From Paraspadella gotoi (lineage: Eukaryota > Animalia > Chaetognatha), in assembly GCA_051294375.1 (NCBI GenBank), contig CM119265.1, positions 3,161,640-3,225,639 of the forward strand: DNA of 64,000 nt, given 5' to 3'. Position 1 is the stretch's first letter. Every line of letters starts with the position of its first letter. Positions 10,937 through 23,951 of the stretch are shown here, in pieces. The notes below the pieces were generated by a model. It did not search any database. It saw only the letters and a list, made by a program, of their open reading frames with translations, and was not told the DNA's origin. A program made the translations under genes and the position numbers.

Positions 10937-11824
10937 CCTTTACTGTTGGGGAAATGGGTTTGTAGAAAACAAGTAAACCTACATTTATCCTCTTGATATT
11001 TAAAATCTCGATGCTACAAACAAATCATAACAATGTGAAACACTGAGCAACTGACAGTTGTTTCGTGAATACAGCAACAATAACAATGATCATGAGATTG
11101 AAATTAAAAAAATTAAAAAAGGAGAAAATAATGTAAAGTGACACAATATCGCAATAAAATTGTTGATGATGTTAGTTAATTTAATTTAATTTAATTTAGT
11201 TAATTTAGTTAGTTTATTAACATCATCGGCATGATACGAAATTACAAAACACACATAAACAACAACTTTATATATTATATAGGGCAGGAAGTATTGTGTT
11301 GTATAGTAAAGCGTGGTAAAATTTAAAAGCTAGTGAGTAAGGCGGGCCAAAATTAATCCCTTTTTATCCTGAGGAGTTCTGTAATATAAAATTCATTTGT
11401 CCATCATATACCTAATCAATATTTATTATCACTTTTTTAACTAGTAAAGCACCGTATAACATTGAAGCCTTAAATATTTATTACTACATAGGCAATTAAA
11501 AAAATTTTAATATTTTTTTTTTAAGAACGGATTCAGATATATTTTGATGATAAGGGGGTCAAATAAGAGAAATAACCTTAAAAATCATCATCATCGTCAT
11601 CATCATCATACCATAATTTTTATATTTTTTGCTAATTTTAACAAATAAAACATAAAAATTTGGAAATCTTTTAAAAAAATAATATTTTTTATTTATTCTT
11701 TAAAGCTCTACCCGAATCCGTTTTTACAAATTCTAAATTAGAAAATTTTTTTCCCATTATTTATATTTAGTAATACGATAAACTTTAAATGCTTCTATGT
11801 TATTAACTATATATAAAATCCTAA

Positions 11825-12165
11825 GGCCAGGGATCACTCAACCTAAAATTGTAGAAATCTCAATTTACTGTATCTTAATAATTTTCTTGCATCCTGTAAG
11901 AGGTTTTCTATTAAAAAATAATCGAAAACTTTTAAAAATCTACCTAAAGGTAATTCATGTCAAATTTCATGAGAAACCGCCTTACCGTTTGGGCTGTAAC
12001 TCTTCAAATAGGTTTCTTTTATTTTATATAGTACAAAAAAAATCGAAAAAACGATGACGCCTTTGAAAAAATAATAAAGTGAATACATTTTCGGAATCGT
12101 CAGGAGCTCTTCTTTCAAAATCCGGTTTTAGCCTAAGTATAATTTGAATTGAGTGATCCCGGACC
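11825..12165. mobile_element. Non-autonomous TIR DNA transposon, Kolobok-like
   Basis: Termini GGCCAGGGATCACTCAA / TTGAGTGATCCCGGACC form an imperfect inverted repeat starting RR and ending YY, flanked by CTAA and TTAA. TTAA TSD with RR..YY ends is typical of Kolobok. Confidence 0.6.
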
Positions 12166-12367
12166 TTAAATTCTTTTAAAATTTCGTCATCCCACAAGAA
12201 AGCTCTAACGTTATTTATATTATTTATTATATTATATTATTTATTATTTATATTTACAGAACTCTTAGTTTTTACCTTGTTCCGCCTTACTGGTGAGGGG
12301 TGAGGGGTTAGAGTAATGAAGAGCGTCGGGTAGAAGAACACAAACTCTATAGAAATTGTACGTTTTT

Positions 12368-12409
<42 letters not shown>

Positions 12410-14477
12410 CCGAAGCGAGAAGAGAGAGACTATCGTCCGGCAGAGATGTTGAGGGAGAAATACAGGTTTTCTCTAGATTTGCCCCTGGATCGAGGGTTAT
12501 TAGATACTATAGGAGATGTGTAACGCGACAGCTAACTTCATCAGATAGACTGTTTTACAATACAGATTTTACTGTAACTTTGTCGCGGGGAGAAGGAGTG
12601 ACTGGCACATCCCCAAATATAAGATGCTTGATTATTTTTTTTTTAATAATCGCATTTTTTTTTCAATTTCTTCAGATTGAATAGCATGCCAACTCTTGAG
12701 AAATGTTTTTATTTTTCTGGCGACAAATGAATTACAATTATAATTATATAATTCATAATTAATATAGTTTTCCCGCAAATCAGTCTCCCAGGAAGAACAA
12801 TTAAAAACTTGGGCGAAATGCTCTTCGATGCCCCCTTGCCGTCTGACGGAGCAGCGAATCTCTCTCGCTCTCTCTATCTCTCTCTGGCTGAATGACTCAG
12901 AGTCAGGATCGGGATCGACAAAAACGACGATAATTTGAACGATGGATTAATTGTTTAGGGTTTCGGTTAGGGATAAGGTTAGAATCTTGGCGGGATGTTC
13001 GAAATAAGAATCACAGAACGAAATAGACAAATTGTGAAAAAATCTTTTGAAGAAATGTTGACGTTTGCTGGAGAGAGAACACATTACGATCTTTATCAGG
13101 TATTGTGAATTACAGCGGTGGTGAATTTAAGATATAGCAATACAACATTTTGTTTACTTAATTCACTTTTCAATCGTCAGTATGCCCTCGCAGACGTGGT
13201 CTGGCCTCACGCGCAATATGACATGGAAGCTCACGACAGCTACACTTGTTCAGGTTCTAAAAATATTTTCTCGCCTCAGACCAATCTTTTCGATTTGATC
13301 TCATCTGACTTTCTAGTAAATTTTATTTCAGTTCTGGTTACGGGTAACCATAATAGATTTGGCTTCTGTCTTCTGTCTTCTATCTTTTATCTTCTATCGC
13401 GAAGAACCAATTTCATAATTAAGTACCCTCGTCAGGAACACGTTTCAAATTAGTCGTTAGAACAGGTCCCCTGCCTCGAACGGGATGGAGGCCATAACCA
13501 GGCATAGTCACTGACTATTAGTGAGGCCATAATCGGGAGTAATTTAATTAATTAATTAATTAATAAATAAATAAATAAATAAATTAATTAATTAATTATT
13601 TAATTAATTCAATTAATGGCCATTCATGTGTTTTGTTCAATTACATAAAATAATTTTTTACACAGGTACAAGAACGAATTGAATCGTCCGTGGCCAACGC
13701 CTAGAATTCTGAGAGAGTTTCATTGGAATCCAAAAGAGTAAAAAAAAATGTATAAATGTATGCTAATTATAAAATTTTTGTATCGTTATCGTTTTGAATT
13801 TCGTCGTAATTCGATTTCTATATCGTATGGAAGTATTTTTGAATGTAATTTGATCTTGTTAGTATCTAAACTGATTATATAAATGTATATACTGTAACTG
13901 AATATACAAATGTATTTGGTAAGAATTAAGTACATTTCGCAACCGGCACAAAATAACTACCTCACTAGATATTTACTAACTCGATAATTAAATTCTATAT
14001 CGTTTTCAAACATGTTTTACTTGAAGCTTTGAAGTTCGACTAAATTTTAAAAATAAAAGATTAGCATTCTTAGCAACTTAACCTTGCAACAATCGCTCTG
14101 GAGAGAGAGATTTTTTTTCTTTTTTTAATTCAAATTTTAATTTTTTAGTCGAAACGCGTGACTGAGAGGGAAACGGATTTTCAATTCGATGACCTTTTTT
14201 TAAAAAAAAATCAAAAAAACAGAAAAGAAAAAAAAATTTTACGGATTCGCGTGAATTTTTGAGAAATTTTACGGTCGGCAACCGAATTTTATGAGTCACG
14301 AGTATTTGCTTTCCCGTCTGGAAAAAAAACCCCGTATAACCTCTCAATCTAATTTGCATATTGGAGTAACGAAGAATCGCGGTAGCAAAAAAAAAGGAGC
14401 GAAAAATAAGCGAAGCGAATCGAATCGATGACGAGATTATGACAAGTTAGCTTTTGATGGAGTTTTTATGAAGCCAG

Positions 14478-14717
14478 AGACGAGGGGGGAGGGAATGAGA
14501 GAGAGAGAGAGAGAGAGACAGAGAGACGGGGGGAGAGAATGAGAAGAGAGAGACAAAGAGAGACGGGGGAGAGAATGAAAGAGAGAGAAAGAGAAAGGAG
14601 ATACGAGGGGAGAGAATAAGAGAGAGAGAGAAGATAGAGAGAAGAGAGAGAGAGAGTCAAAGAGAGACGGGGGGAGAGAATGAAGAGAGAGAGAGAAGGA
14701 GAGACGAGGGGAGAGAA

Positions 14718-14755
<38 letters not shown>

Positions 14756-14781
14756 GGTGAGACGGGGGGAGAGAATGAGAG

Positions 14782-14815
<34 letters not shown>

Positions 14816-14876
14816 GAGGAGAAGAGGGAGAGAGAATGAGAGAATGAGAGAGAGAGAGAGAGATAAGAGAGATAAA
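14478..14876. repeat. GA-rich compound microsatellite/minisatellite (unit ~gagagacggggggagagaatga)
   Basis: Directly visible. Confidence 0.9.
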
Positions 14877-15350
14877 GAGTATACCCTGGAGAAATTCAAA
14901 CATATGACAGTAAAAATAAGGCATACTATTTACTAATATACAATAAACATGAAACGAAGTGTAAACAAAACAATAGAAACGAATGTAAACAAAAAACAAA
15001 CAAAAGACAAACAAAGAAAAATCGAATTTTACCTCGACTGATGATTTTTTCTCTTCTTGTCAATCATCGATTGTCTCACGTCCATCACAAAATCATCGAA
15101 TCACACGGACTCACACAATCACAGAATCTCTCGCGATCGTTTCACGCCGAAATGATCACATCAAAACAGAGAAAAAGAAAAGACTCTTTTCTTCTGCTTC
15201 CTCAATTTTTTTATCTTTCGTTAAAAAAAAAAAAGTCGTAAAAATTTCGATGTTGATTTTTTTTCAAGTTTCTATGCAAAAAAAAAGTCAACATTTGTGA
15301 TGAAAATCGAAGACAAAAGGGGTTGTTGTGAAACATGACAGAGTTTAACA

Positions 15351-15393
<43 letters not shown>

Positions 15394-16212
15394 ATGCCTT
15401 TTTCCCGTATTTCCAATTCTTTCGTTTTTATCACCACTGTCTTTCTCCAAATCGCCGTAAATATTTTTGTTTTTAATTTCACTCAATTCCGCTAGGTTTC
15501 TCCATGAAAGTCATTATTCAACTCAAATAAGCAGATGCTCTTTTGTCAACGAAAGTTGAAACTTCTTCGGTTAACTTTGATGATACTGAGAAAAAAACAC
15601 ATGTAAATTGTTTAATGTTGAATGTATAATGTATTTGTATTGTACCATGAAAATTGCACAAGGTTTATTAAACGCAAGATGGTTTGGTTCCATCGACCAA
15701 TCGACAACCGACCCAATGTGACCCATTGATAGCTGACCCATCAGTTGCTGACTAATCGATCATTGACCCCTTTTGGTCGATCATCGATCTTTGACCAAAA
15801 CAAAAGATCACATCGTAATCGGTCACCGAGGACAGTGAGTTTTCGTTTTCCGCCGCGCGCCGCGGGATCACGGGCCGCGCGCCCAAGACGGCAAGCTGCG
15901 CGCCCAATTCAGCAAATTCAAGTAGAGAAATTCGGTCAGTGAGATTCCATCTGGTATTGGCGCCTATTTTTTTTAGTAGCTACGGATTTTTGGCTACTAC
16001 TATTTTAAGGGTTAAAATCTATATAGTCGCTTTCGTGCTTTCAGCGGTATATGTATTTTAAAAAAACCTTAAGCTACCTTAAGCTACCCTTCTGACTCCT
16101 CTCCAAAGGTTTTCACATTTCACAACATGCGTGGACGGTGACTCCGTGAAAGTTTGAAGCATTTCCGGATTATCCGAGGGGCGCCGCAACGGCAAGGCAG
16201 AAACGATCGGTC

Positions 16213-16315
16213 GTCCAGCGGCGTCCTGCGGCATCTTACGGAGTCCTGCGGCGTCCTGTGGCTTTCGGAAGCGTCCTGCGGCGTCCTGCGGCATCCTGCA
16301 GCGATACGCGGCGTT
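16213..16315. repeat. ~10-bp GC-rich tandem repeat (gcggcgtcct)
   Basis: About ten degenerate units. Confidence 0.75.
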
Positions 16316-16398
16316 CCGATGAACTGAACTGCAGCTTACCGATAACCGATAAGATGATTGCAACGAAGAGGTTGACTCTTACTAATGATAACAAAGAT

Positions 16399-16432
<34 letters not shown>

Positions 16433-17237
16433 CGAAAACGAAGACGATGCTTACAAAGTGAAATGAATAAAATGATTAAATTATATTGAATTAGATTAAA
16501 TTAAATTAAAAACATTAAAATAATTCAAATGATTTAAATGTACGCAATCAACAATCAAAAAAGATATCAAAAGATATATCCAAAGCCATCGACAATTAGT
16601 GGGTAAGTTTGCGGTCACAAGATGAAGGACCCTACCTTTGACACCCAATGTTTCAAGGGTCATTAAAGTCGGAAGTGAGTTCAACTCCGTTCCACCTCGA
16701 TCTGATCGGGTGAGGGGCAATGAACGATGAAGCGGCGCCCAAAGGTGAAGGTCCATTAAGTTCGCGAATCGGGTCAAAACAGACTGCAGCGATGCAGAGC
16801 CGCGGCAGGAGGGAAGGCAGAGCCGCGGCAAGAAGTAAGGCGAGGGTTTAGGTGAGGTTCATTAAGGAAGGTGGCAAAGTTATTAAGCGGCTATTCTTTT
16901 AGTTAATAAACTGGACTGTATTTATTAAATGAATGGATATTTTCTTTTATTGGGTGTACCAATTTTATGACGTTGATTTGGAATGTTTAGCTTTTTCAAG
17001 CAAAATCACAAAAGTGAAAGGAGATAAGGGGGAAAAAAAAAGGAGATAAAAGAATAAATTGTAAAAAAGAAAAAGCAGAAATTAAGCTAATATAAAATAT
17101 AAACACAAATAAAGACATTTAGTGAGAAATAAGGGAGCGGTGAAATAAAAGATCGAGAGAGAGAGAGAGAGAGAGAGAGAGNNNNNNNNNNNNNNNNNNN
17201 NNNNNNAGAGAGACGAGAAAGAGAGAGAGAGAGAGAG

Positions 17238-17268
<31 letters not shown>

Positions 17269-17279
17269 GGAGAGGAGAA

Positions 17280-17381
<102 letters not shown>

Positions 17382-17792
17382 TGAGAGAGAAAGGAGGAGA
17401 GAGAGAAGAGAGACGAGAAGAGAGAGAGAGAAGGGAAGGAGAGAGAGCGCCGAAAAGGAAAACGACAGAGTTTAATCCCCTTTTTCGCTTCTGCGGTTTC
17501 GTTTTTTCTGTCTTTGTCGTCGATTTCTGTCTTGTTTACTGTACATGGGTTATGTCAAAGAAGAGGAGGATGAAGAAGAGGAGGAGGAGGAGGAGGAGGA
17601 AGGATTTAGGAAAGGAGTGAGACAAAGAGAAAATGGAAGGAGTGACCGGGAGAATTAGCCGGAAAAAATAGCCCTGGGGGCCGGGAGGGAGAGGGAGAGA
17701 GAGACGCCGAAAAGGGAAACGACAGAGTTAATCCCCTTTTTCGCTCTGGGTTTCTGTTTTTCTGTCTTTTGTCGTCGATTTCTGTCAATTAT

Positions 17793-17860
<68 letters not shown>

Positions 17861-19370
17861 CTCTCTCCGTCTCGTTCCGCCCAGGGCTATTTTTTCCCGG
17901 CTAATTCTTCCCGGTCCTCCTTCCATTTTCCTTTGTCTCCTCCTTTTCCTTAATCCTCCTCCTCCTCCTGCCTCTCTCCTCTTCTTTCATCTCCTCATCT
18001 CTCTCTTTTTTTTNNNNNNNNNNNNNNNNNNNNNNNNNNNNNNNNNNNNNNNNNNNNNAAAAAGATTAATATAAATAAACAAAGAAAAGTCTCAAATGAC
18101 GCGGCCTCGTTTTGAAAATCCTTTTAAAAATAACGACGTCCACTTTTGAAGTAAAGACCAGAAACATCATAAATGGAACAGTAATAACAACAACAACAAC
18201 AATAACAATAATAAGAATTTTTGATTTCAGATGTTATCGAACCTCAGTTCTTTTCTCCTTGACCCTTTTTCTTTTTTTTTTGTCTTTTCTTTTTTTTCCG
18301 TTTTTTTTTATTTTCTCTTTCATATTTATGAAAATTGAAAAATTACTTGTTTCACTATTTTAAGTTTTAGATTTTAAAATATTCATTAAAATTATTTATA
18401 AAAAATTCTATTTTTTTAATTTTGTTATCATAATTGTTTTTTATTAATCTTGGTTTTAGATAATCTAAATTCAATTCCTCCGATTTTTATTTTTCAATGT
18501 TCCTTCCCTTCTTTATTTTTTCCTCCACTTTTTTCTTTCCTTTTTCTCCTTTCTTTTATCTTTTTTTCCTTTTTTTCCTTCCACGTTCTTTCTTTTTTCC
18601 TCTTTCTTTTCTACGTTTCATTTGGATTCTCACCTTTTTCTCTTCTTACTACTTTACTTACCTTTTTCTCTATTTCTATTGACCTTTCCTTTCACTTTCC
18701 CTTCTCGTCTCACGTGAATAATTCGTGAACAGATGCGAAGTCAAATCGGGCGAGACGACGACGACGAGGACGATGACGAAAACGACGATGACGACGACGA
18801 CGATGACGAAAACAACGATGATGACGACGACAATGACGCCAGGTATTATTGTTATTTTGAATTCCATTTATGTATTTTTTTTTGTGCGAATGGCATATCG
18901 AATGTTATTAACGGACAAAACACATATTACAACTGATAAAATCATCATCATCATTTTCAGACTACAAATCCGGATTACAGTCTTATACGGTTTTCGGAAA
19001 CGGAATTCGCCGGAGATTTAATGGGACGCCGCTGTATCTATCTCTCTCTCTCTCTCTGTCTCTCTCTCCCTCTCTCTCTNNNNNNNNNNNNNNNNNNNNN
19101 NNNNNNNNNNNNNNNNNNNNNNNNNNNNNNNNNNNNNNNNNNNNNNNNNNNNNNNNNNNNNNNNNNNNNNNNNNNNNNNNNNNNNNNNNNNNNNNNNNNN
19201 NNNNNNNNNNNNNNNNNNNNNNNNNNNNNNNNNNNNNNNNNNNNNNNNNNNNNNNNNNNNNNNNNNNNNNNNNNNNNNNNNNNNNNNNNTCTCTCTCTAT
19301 CTCGTTTTCTCTCTCTGATGATCATCTCTTGACGGATGATTTACCCCCGACGTTCCTGACCCGGGGGAAA

Positions 19371-19433
<63 letters not shown>

Positions 19434-19986
19434 ATTATGCTTTTTCCTGACAGATGCTTATCAGGAAAAGAATCGTAAGCTAAAGCCGATTGACTGTAAA
19501 CGGCGATTAAAAGAAGATTTACAGTAAGAACGACAAACTCGTGAAAAATTATCGGAAAATCGTTTAGTACAGACATGTTTGATTATATCAGATTCAGATT
19601 TAATCCAAGTCTGGGCCAAAGACCGCGTGGACTTTAAGCCACATTAATACAGTTAATAAATGATCTAAAGGTGACACGTGGTTACAAAGGAAAGTAGTAA
19701 AGATCTTTAAACTGCCTTCTAGTACAGAATAAAATTTTAATATATATTTAGACGTAGAAATTTTCAACATAACTTAAAACCAAGAAATATTCAACGACAT
19801 TGGCAGAGTATAAACCGCCATTGAAAAACTCTGTCTTTTGTTTTATATTCGCCTCAATGTTGATCTTCTGACCTCTAGCGTCAGATTGAATCAACGCTAA
19901 GAAATCTCTCCTTCGAAAAAAAAGAACATCGGTTTTTCTTCTCGAAAATAGTCATTCTAGATTATTTATAAATTACGATATAATAT

Positions 19987-20275
19987 TATGAAATTGGTAC
20001 AACCAATATAAAAATTATCCATTCATTTAATAAATAAGCTATCTTGCCCCTGACTTTGGACAGGCTTTGGTGGTTTAAGGCCTCCATCACTCTTACAAGA
20101 TAATGACATAGCAGGTCCCTGCAAGCTTTCAATCAAGACTCTCTCACAGTCCCGTTTATTCACTCCCAGAGTACCTGGCTTCCCTATCAATGAAGTGGAA
20201 AATATTTCAAAGAATGTTTCAATTGTATGAAAAGACCACTCCCTTAAGTATTAGATCGGGGAATTATATTATTAC
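19987..20275 (-). mobile_element. Interspersed repeat family B, longest copy in the window
   Basis: Matches 10302-10510 and extends further (aagaccactcccttaagtattagatcg), which matches 38860-38885 and 47715-47740. Confidence 0.85.
20039..20103 (-). ncRNA. Twister ribozyme, type-P5 permutation (family B, second intact copy)
   Basis: 65 nt identical to 10354-10418. Confidence 0.82.
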
Positions 20276-20865
20276 ATAAGCGAAAAAATATATCTGGCAT
20301 CTTTTTTCTGACGATCTAGCAGATACTCAAATAAAGAATGTTTAATAGATATAAGTAATAAAACTAATAATAGTAAAGTGGATGTGGTCGAGATAAAAAT
20401 GGCGAACAAAATGAGATAAATCAATTTATTGAAATCTGAAAAGCGAATGGAATCGAATTGGCTAATTGTACAAAGTGGCATTCATTTTTATACGGCGAGA
20501 GAGGGAAAATTTGGTTTACATTTGTAAAGTAAATAATTCTAAAAATACTTCCAAATAAGGTAACGTTTTGCGACTGGCGTTTGAACAGAGGGAGCAAAAT
20601 ATTTCTTAGCGGGCATTGGAATTTGTAAAGAATTCGACCGGCGATTTTATTTCTTTCTTACTAATAATAATAATCAGAATCTCCACTGTAATATTAATAA
20701 CAAAATCTAAAAGAATATAGCACGAATTTGGGTTGTTATAGTACTTTAAAAATTACTGTCAAAACGATAATCGTTGATCGTCATCATCGTCATCATCGTC
20801 ATCGTGATCGTCATTGTCTTCAAGAATCTTCAGAGAAATAACTTCGTAACGAGTAAGTTTAACGA

Positions 20866-21512
20866 TCTGGTCACTGACCAGTAGGGTGAAGTGAAAGTTT
20901 GGAATCAAAATTTAGCAGTTATATCCTAAAAACTATCATATTAGTGAATAGTAATCTGTAGTTATTTTTCTTTTTTTATAAATATAGTAGCCCAGTCAGC
21001 TTATTTTATATATAGTACTACCCTTATATAATGTCAAAATTTCAAAATGGATTTTTTAAAATTCTGAGAAAAGATTCAGATTCTTCGCTAAAAGTTGATA
21101 TAAGAAAATATAAATCGTTTTTTTAAAAAATATGTTATTAAGTAGGTTAAAATTACAAAAACCTATATTTTAAAGCTGGAAATTGAAAATCGGCCTCTTA
21201 AATATAGTTTTTTACATTTTTGACCAACTTAATAAAAGAATTTTTAAAAAAGAATTATACTTTCTTTTAACAACTTTTTGCAAGGAATCCAAATCTGATC
21301 TTAAAATTAAAAAAATTGCATTTTATAATTTTAGCCTATTATATACTTATTACTATATATAAATATAGCTCACTGGTGCCCACTAAATTATAAAATTAAA
21401 AAATAAATTTACCAAAGTATTTTTATTAGTTTTTATTTTCATGTTTTATATGCTAAATTTTAATTTTCAAAATTTTATTCATTTTTACATCACTCTACTG
21501 ACCAGTGATCAG
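20866..21512. mobile_element. Foldback/MITE-like element with long imperfect inverted arms
   Basis: Outer tctggtcactgaccagtagggtgaagtgaaa versus ttttacatcactctactgaccagtgatcagg; inner arms 20985-21175 and 21200-21385 match the element at 10095-10715. Confidence 0.6.
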
Positions 21513-22720
21513 GTTTTTGAGCGGATCTTTTATTATGTAAGAATCAGACGCATCATCCAAAAGAAAAGGATAATTTTTCTTCTCGGATTTTTTAAAACTT
21601 TATTTATCACATTCATTTTATTATGGTAAGTTTTTTTTCGAAAATTCTTTGTCATAACTAAAAAATGGGTTAACTTTAAAGATGGACAACGAAATCTCAA
21701 CGACTAAGATTCTCTCCTCATTTTTGAAAGTAATTTCGCAATTCCTGAGCATTGTACTACAAATTCTAAACTGTTATTATCTGGCCGTGATTGCTGTATC
21801 ATTTATAGTAGAGTCGTTAACATTGTAAAGTCTTCACTAGTCAGTGCATTCACAATGAAAAAATAAAAAATTAACAAATAAAGAAAAAAAATTGAGTGTA
21901 ATTTTTGTCTCTCAGTCGCCAATGAAACCTAAAATCTCTTAATTAACAAGAAAAGTGAATTAACAATGAAGACAACAGTGAAAATGACGACGACGACGAT
22001 GACGACGACGACGACTAAAACAACGTCCGCTCAGCGGGAGACGATTGACCGGTTACACTGATGACGATGACGAAGATGACGACGATGACGATGACGTGTA
22101 GATACAAANNNNNNNNNNNNNNNNNNNNNNNNNNNNNNNNNNNNNNNNNNNNNNNNNNNNNNNNNNNNNNNNNNNNNNNNNNNNNNNNNNNNNNNNNNNN
22201 NNNNNNNNNNNNNNNNNNNNNNNNNNNNNNNNNNNNNNNNNNNNNNNNNNNNNNNNNNNNNNNNNNNNNNNNNNNNNNNNNNNNNNNNNNNNNNNNNNNN
22301 NNNNNNNNNNNNNNNNNNNNNNNNNNNNNNNNNNNNNNNNNNNNNNNNNNNNNNNNNNNNNNNNNNNNNNNNNNNNNNNNNNNNNNNNNNNNNNNNNNNN
22401 NNNNNNNNNNNNNNNNNNNNNNNNNNNNNNNNNNNNNNNNNNNNNNNNNNNNNNNNNNNNNNNNNNNNNNNNNNNNNNNNNNNNNNNNNNNNNNNNNNNN
22501 NNNNNNNNNNNNNNNNNNNNNNNNNNNNNNNNNNNNNNNNNNNNNNNNNNNNNNNNNNNNNNNNNNNNNNNNNNNNNNNNNNNNNNNNNNNNNNNNNNNN
22601 NNNNNAAGAAAATATTTGGGCAAAACGGATTATTTAAACCCACGACAGTTTTCAAATTAAGTGTTTGAAAGTGAATTCCAGTATTTCTCTTTGCGGACGC
22701 ACACAAACACACACACTCTA

Positions 22721-22810
<90 letters not shown>

Positions 22811-23951
22811 CGATGATACAAAAAGAAAAGATTTAAAAGCAACAGAAGAATCGAGAATTCCAAAGAAACAAAAGAACAACAAATAAACAAAAGGTGACGA
22901 AAGAAAATGTTCCGTTTATTTCGCCATAAAAAAGACACGAAAATTTCGACGCTGAGACGCACGTGTTTCTCTTTGGGTCGTTGTTGTCTTCGTCGTCATT
23001 CTAAATTTAGAACAGAAACATTTTCGTTTCGACTTCAATTTACAAAAGAAGAAAAAAGAGAAAAAATATTTGTTCTTTTATTTTCATGCTTTTCTCAAAA
23101 ACTTTGGCTTTAAAAACTGCGTGAGAGAATTTAAATTTTGTCAAGGAAATCTAAATTTAACTTATATTTTAAAATGAGAATCTTACAAACGAACTCCTAA
23201 TCGTGATTCTTAGAAGTTAATCTAACTGTAGTTTAAAATTATTTGGCTGTCATATATAATCTTTAATCATAAATATTAATATTTGTCCCTAAAACCGATC
23301 ACTATACGAAACTTTGACCCACATCGTGGTCACATCTCATTCTCTTTCTCCCGCGGGGCCACTTCGCTAAAGGCGGGTCCTCCCTTCACTCGCGTGAGAA
23401 CTTATAATAATCGATTTAGCGAAGTGTTTTTTCTCTTCGATTCCCCAGAGTCGCGACTTAACGAAGAGTTTGTTTTTCGTCCCCCGAGTCTCGATTTAGC
23501 GAATTTGTCTTTGATTCTCTCGAGATTTTATTCGTTATTTCAGGGAAAACATCAAAAGAATTCACGGCTTCTGAAGTTATGGAGGCAAGAAGTATTTTGA
23601 TATTCCCTCCCGACCAAGACGATGGCTGAAGCCTTTTCAAATTATGATAAATTAGTCACTGACAATTAGCAATTATTATTATTATAATCGCCAGTCTTTA
23701 TAACGAGAATGATTACGTTTTTCAGATCGGGAAATTAATTTATCATTTTTATTAACCTCACCATTTTAATCTCGAAAGTACATATTAGATAACGAATTGT
23801 ATGTAGACAAAATTTTATAAAAAAGTTNNNNNNNNNNNNNNNNNNNNNNNNNTACTAAATTAGTTTAAGGGCCCAACCTAGTTGTAGTTTCATTCAAATA
23901 GCGATGTCGCCGCGATTCACGCACGAGTTTGCAGGTGTGGTTCTTAGTTGT

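Noticed and set aside
16560-16860. LINE reverse-transcriptase remnant
   Set aside because: GC-richer than its flanks but no RT or endonuclease motif is recognisable in any frame
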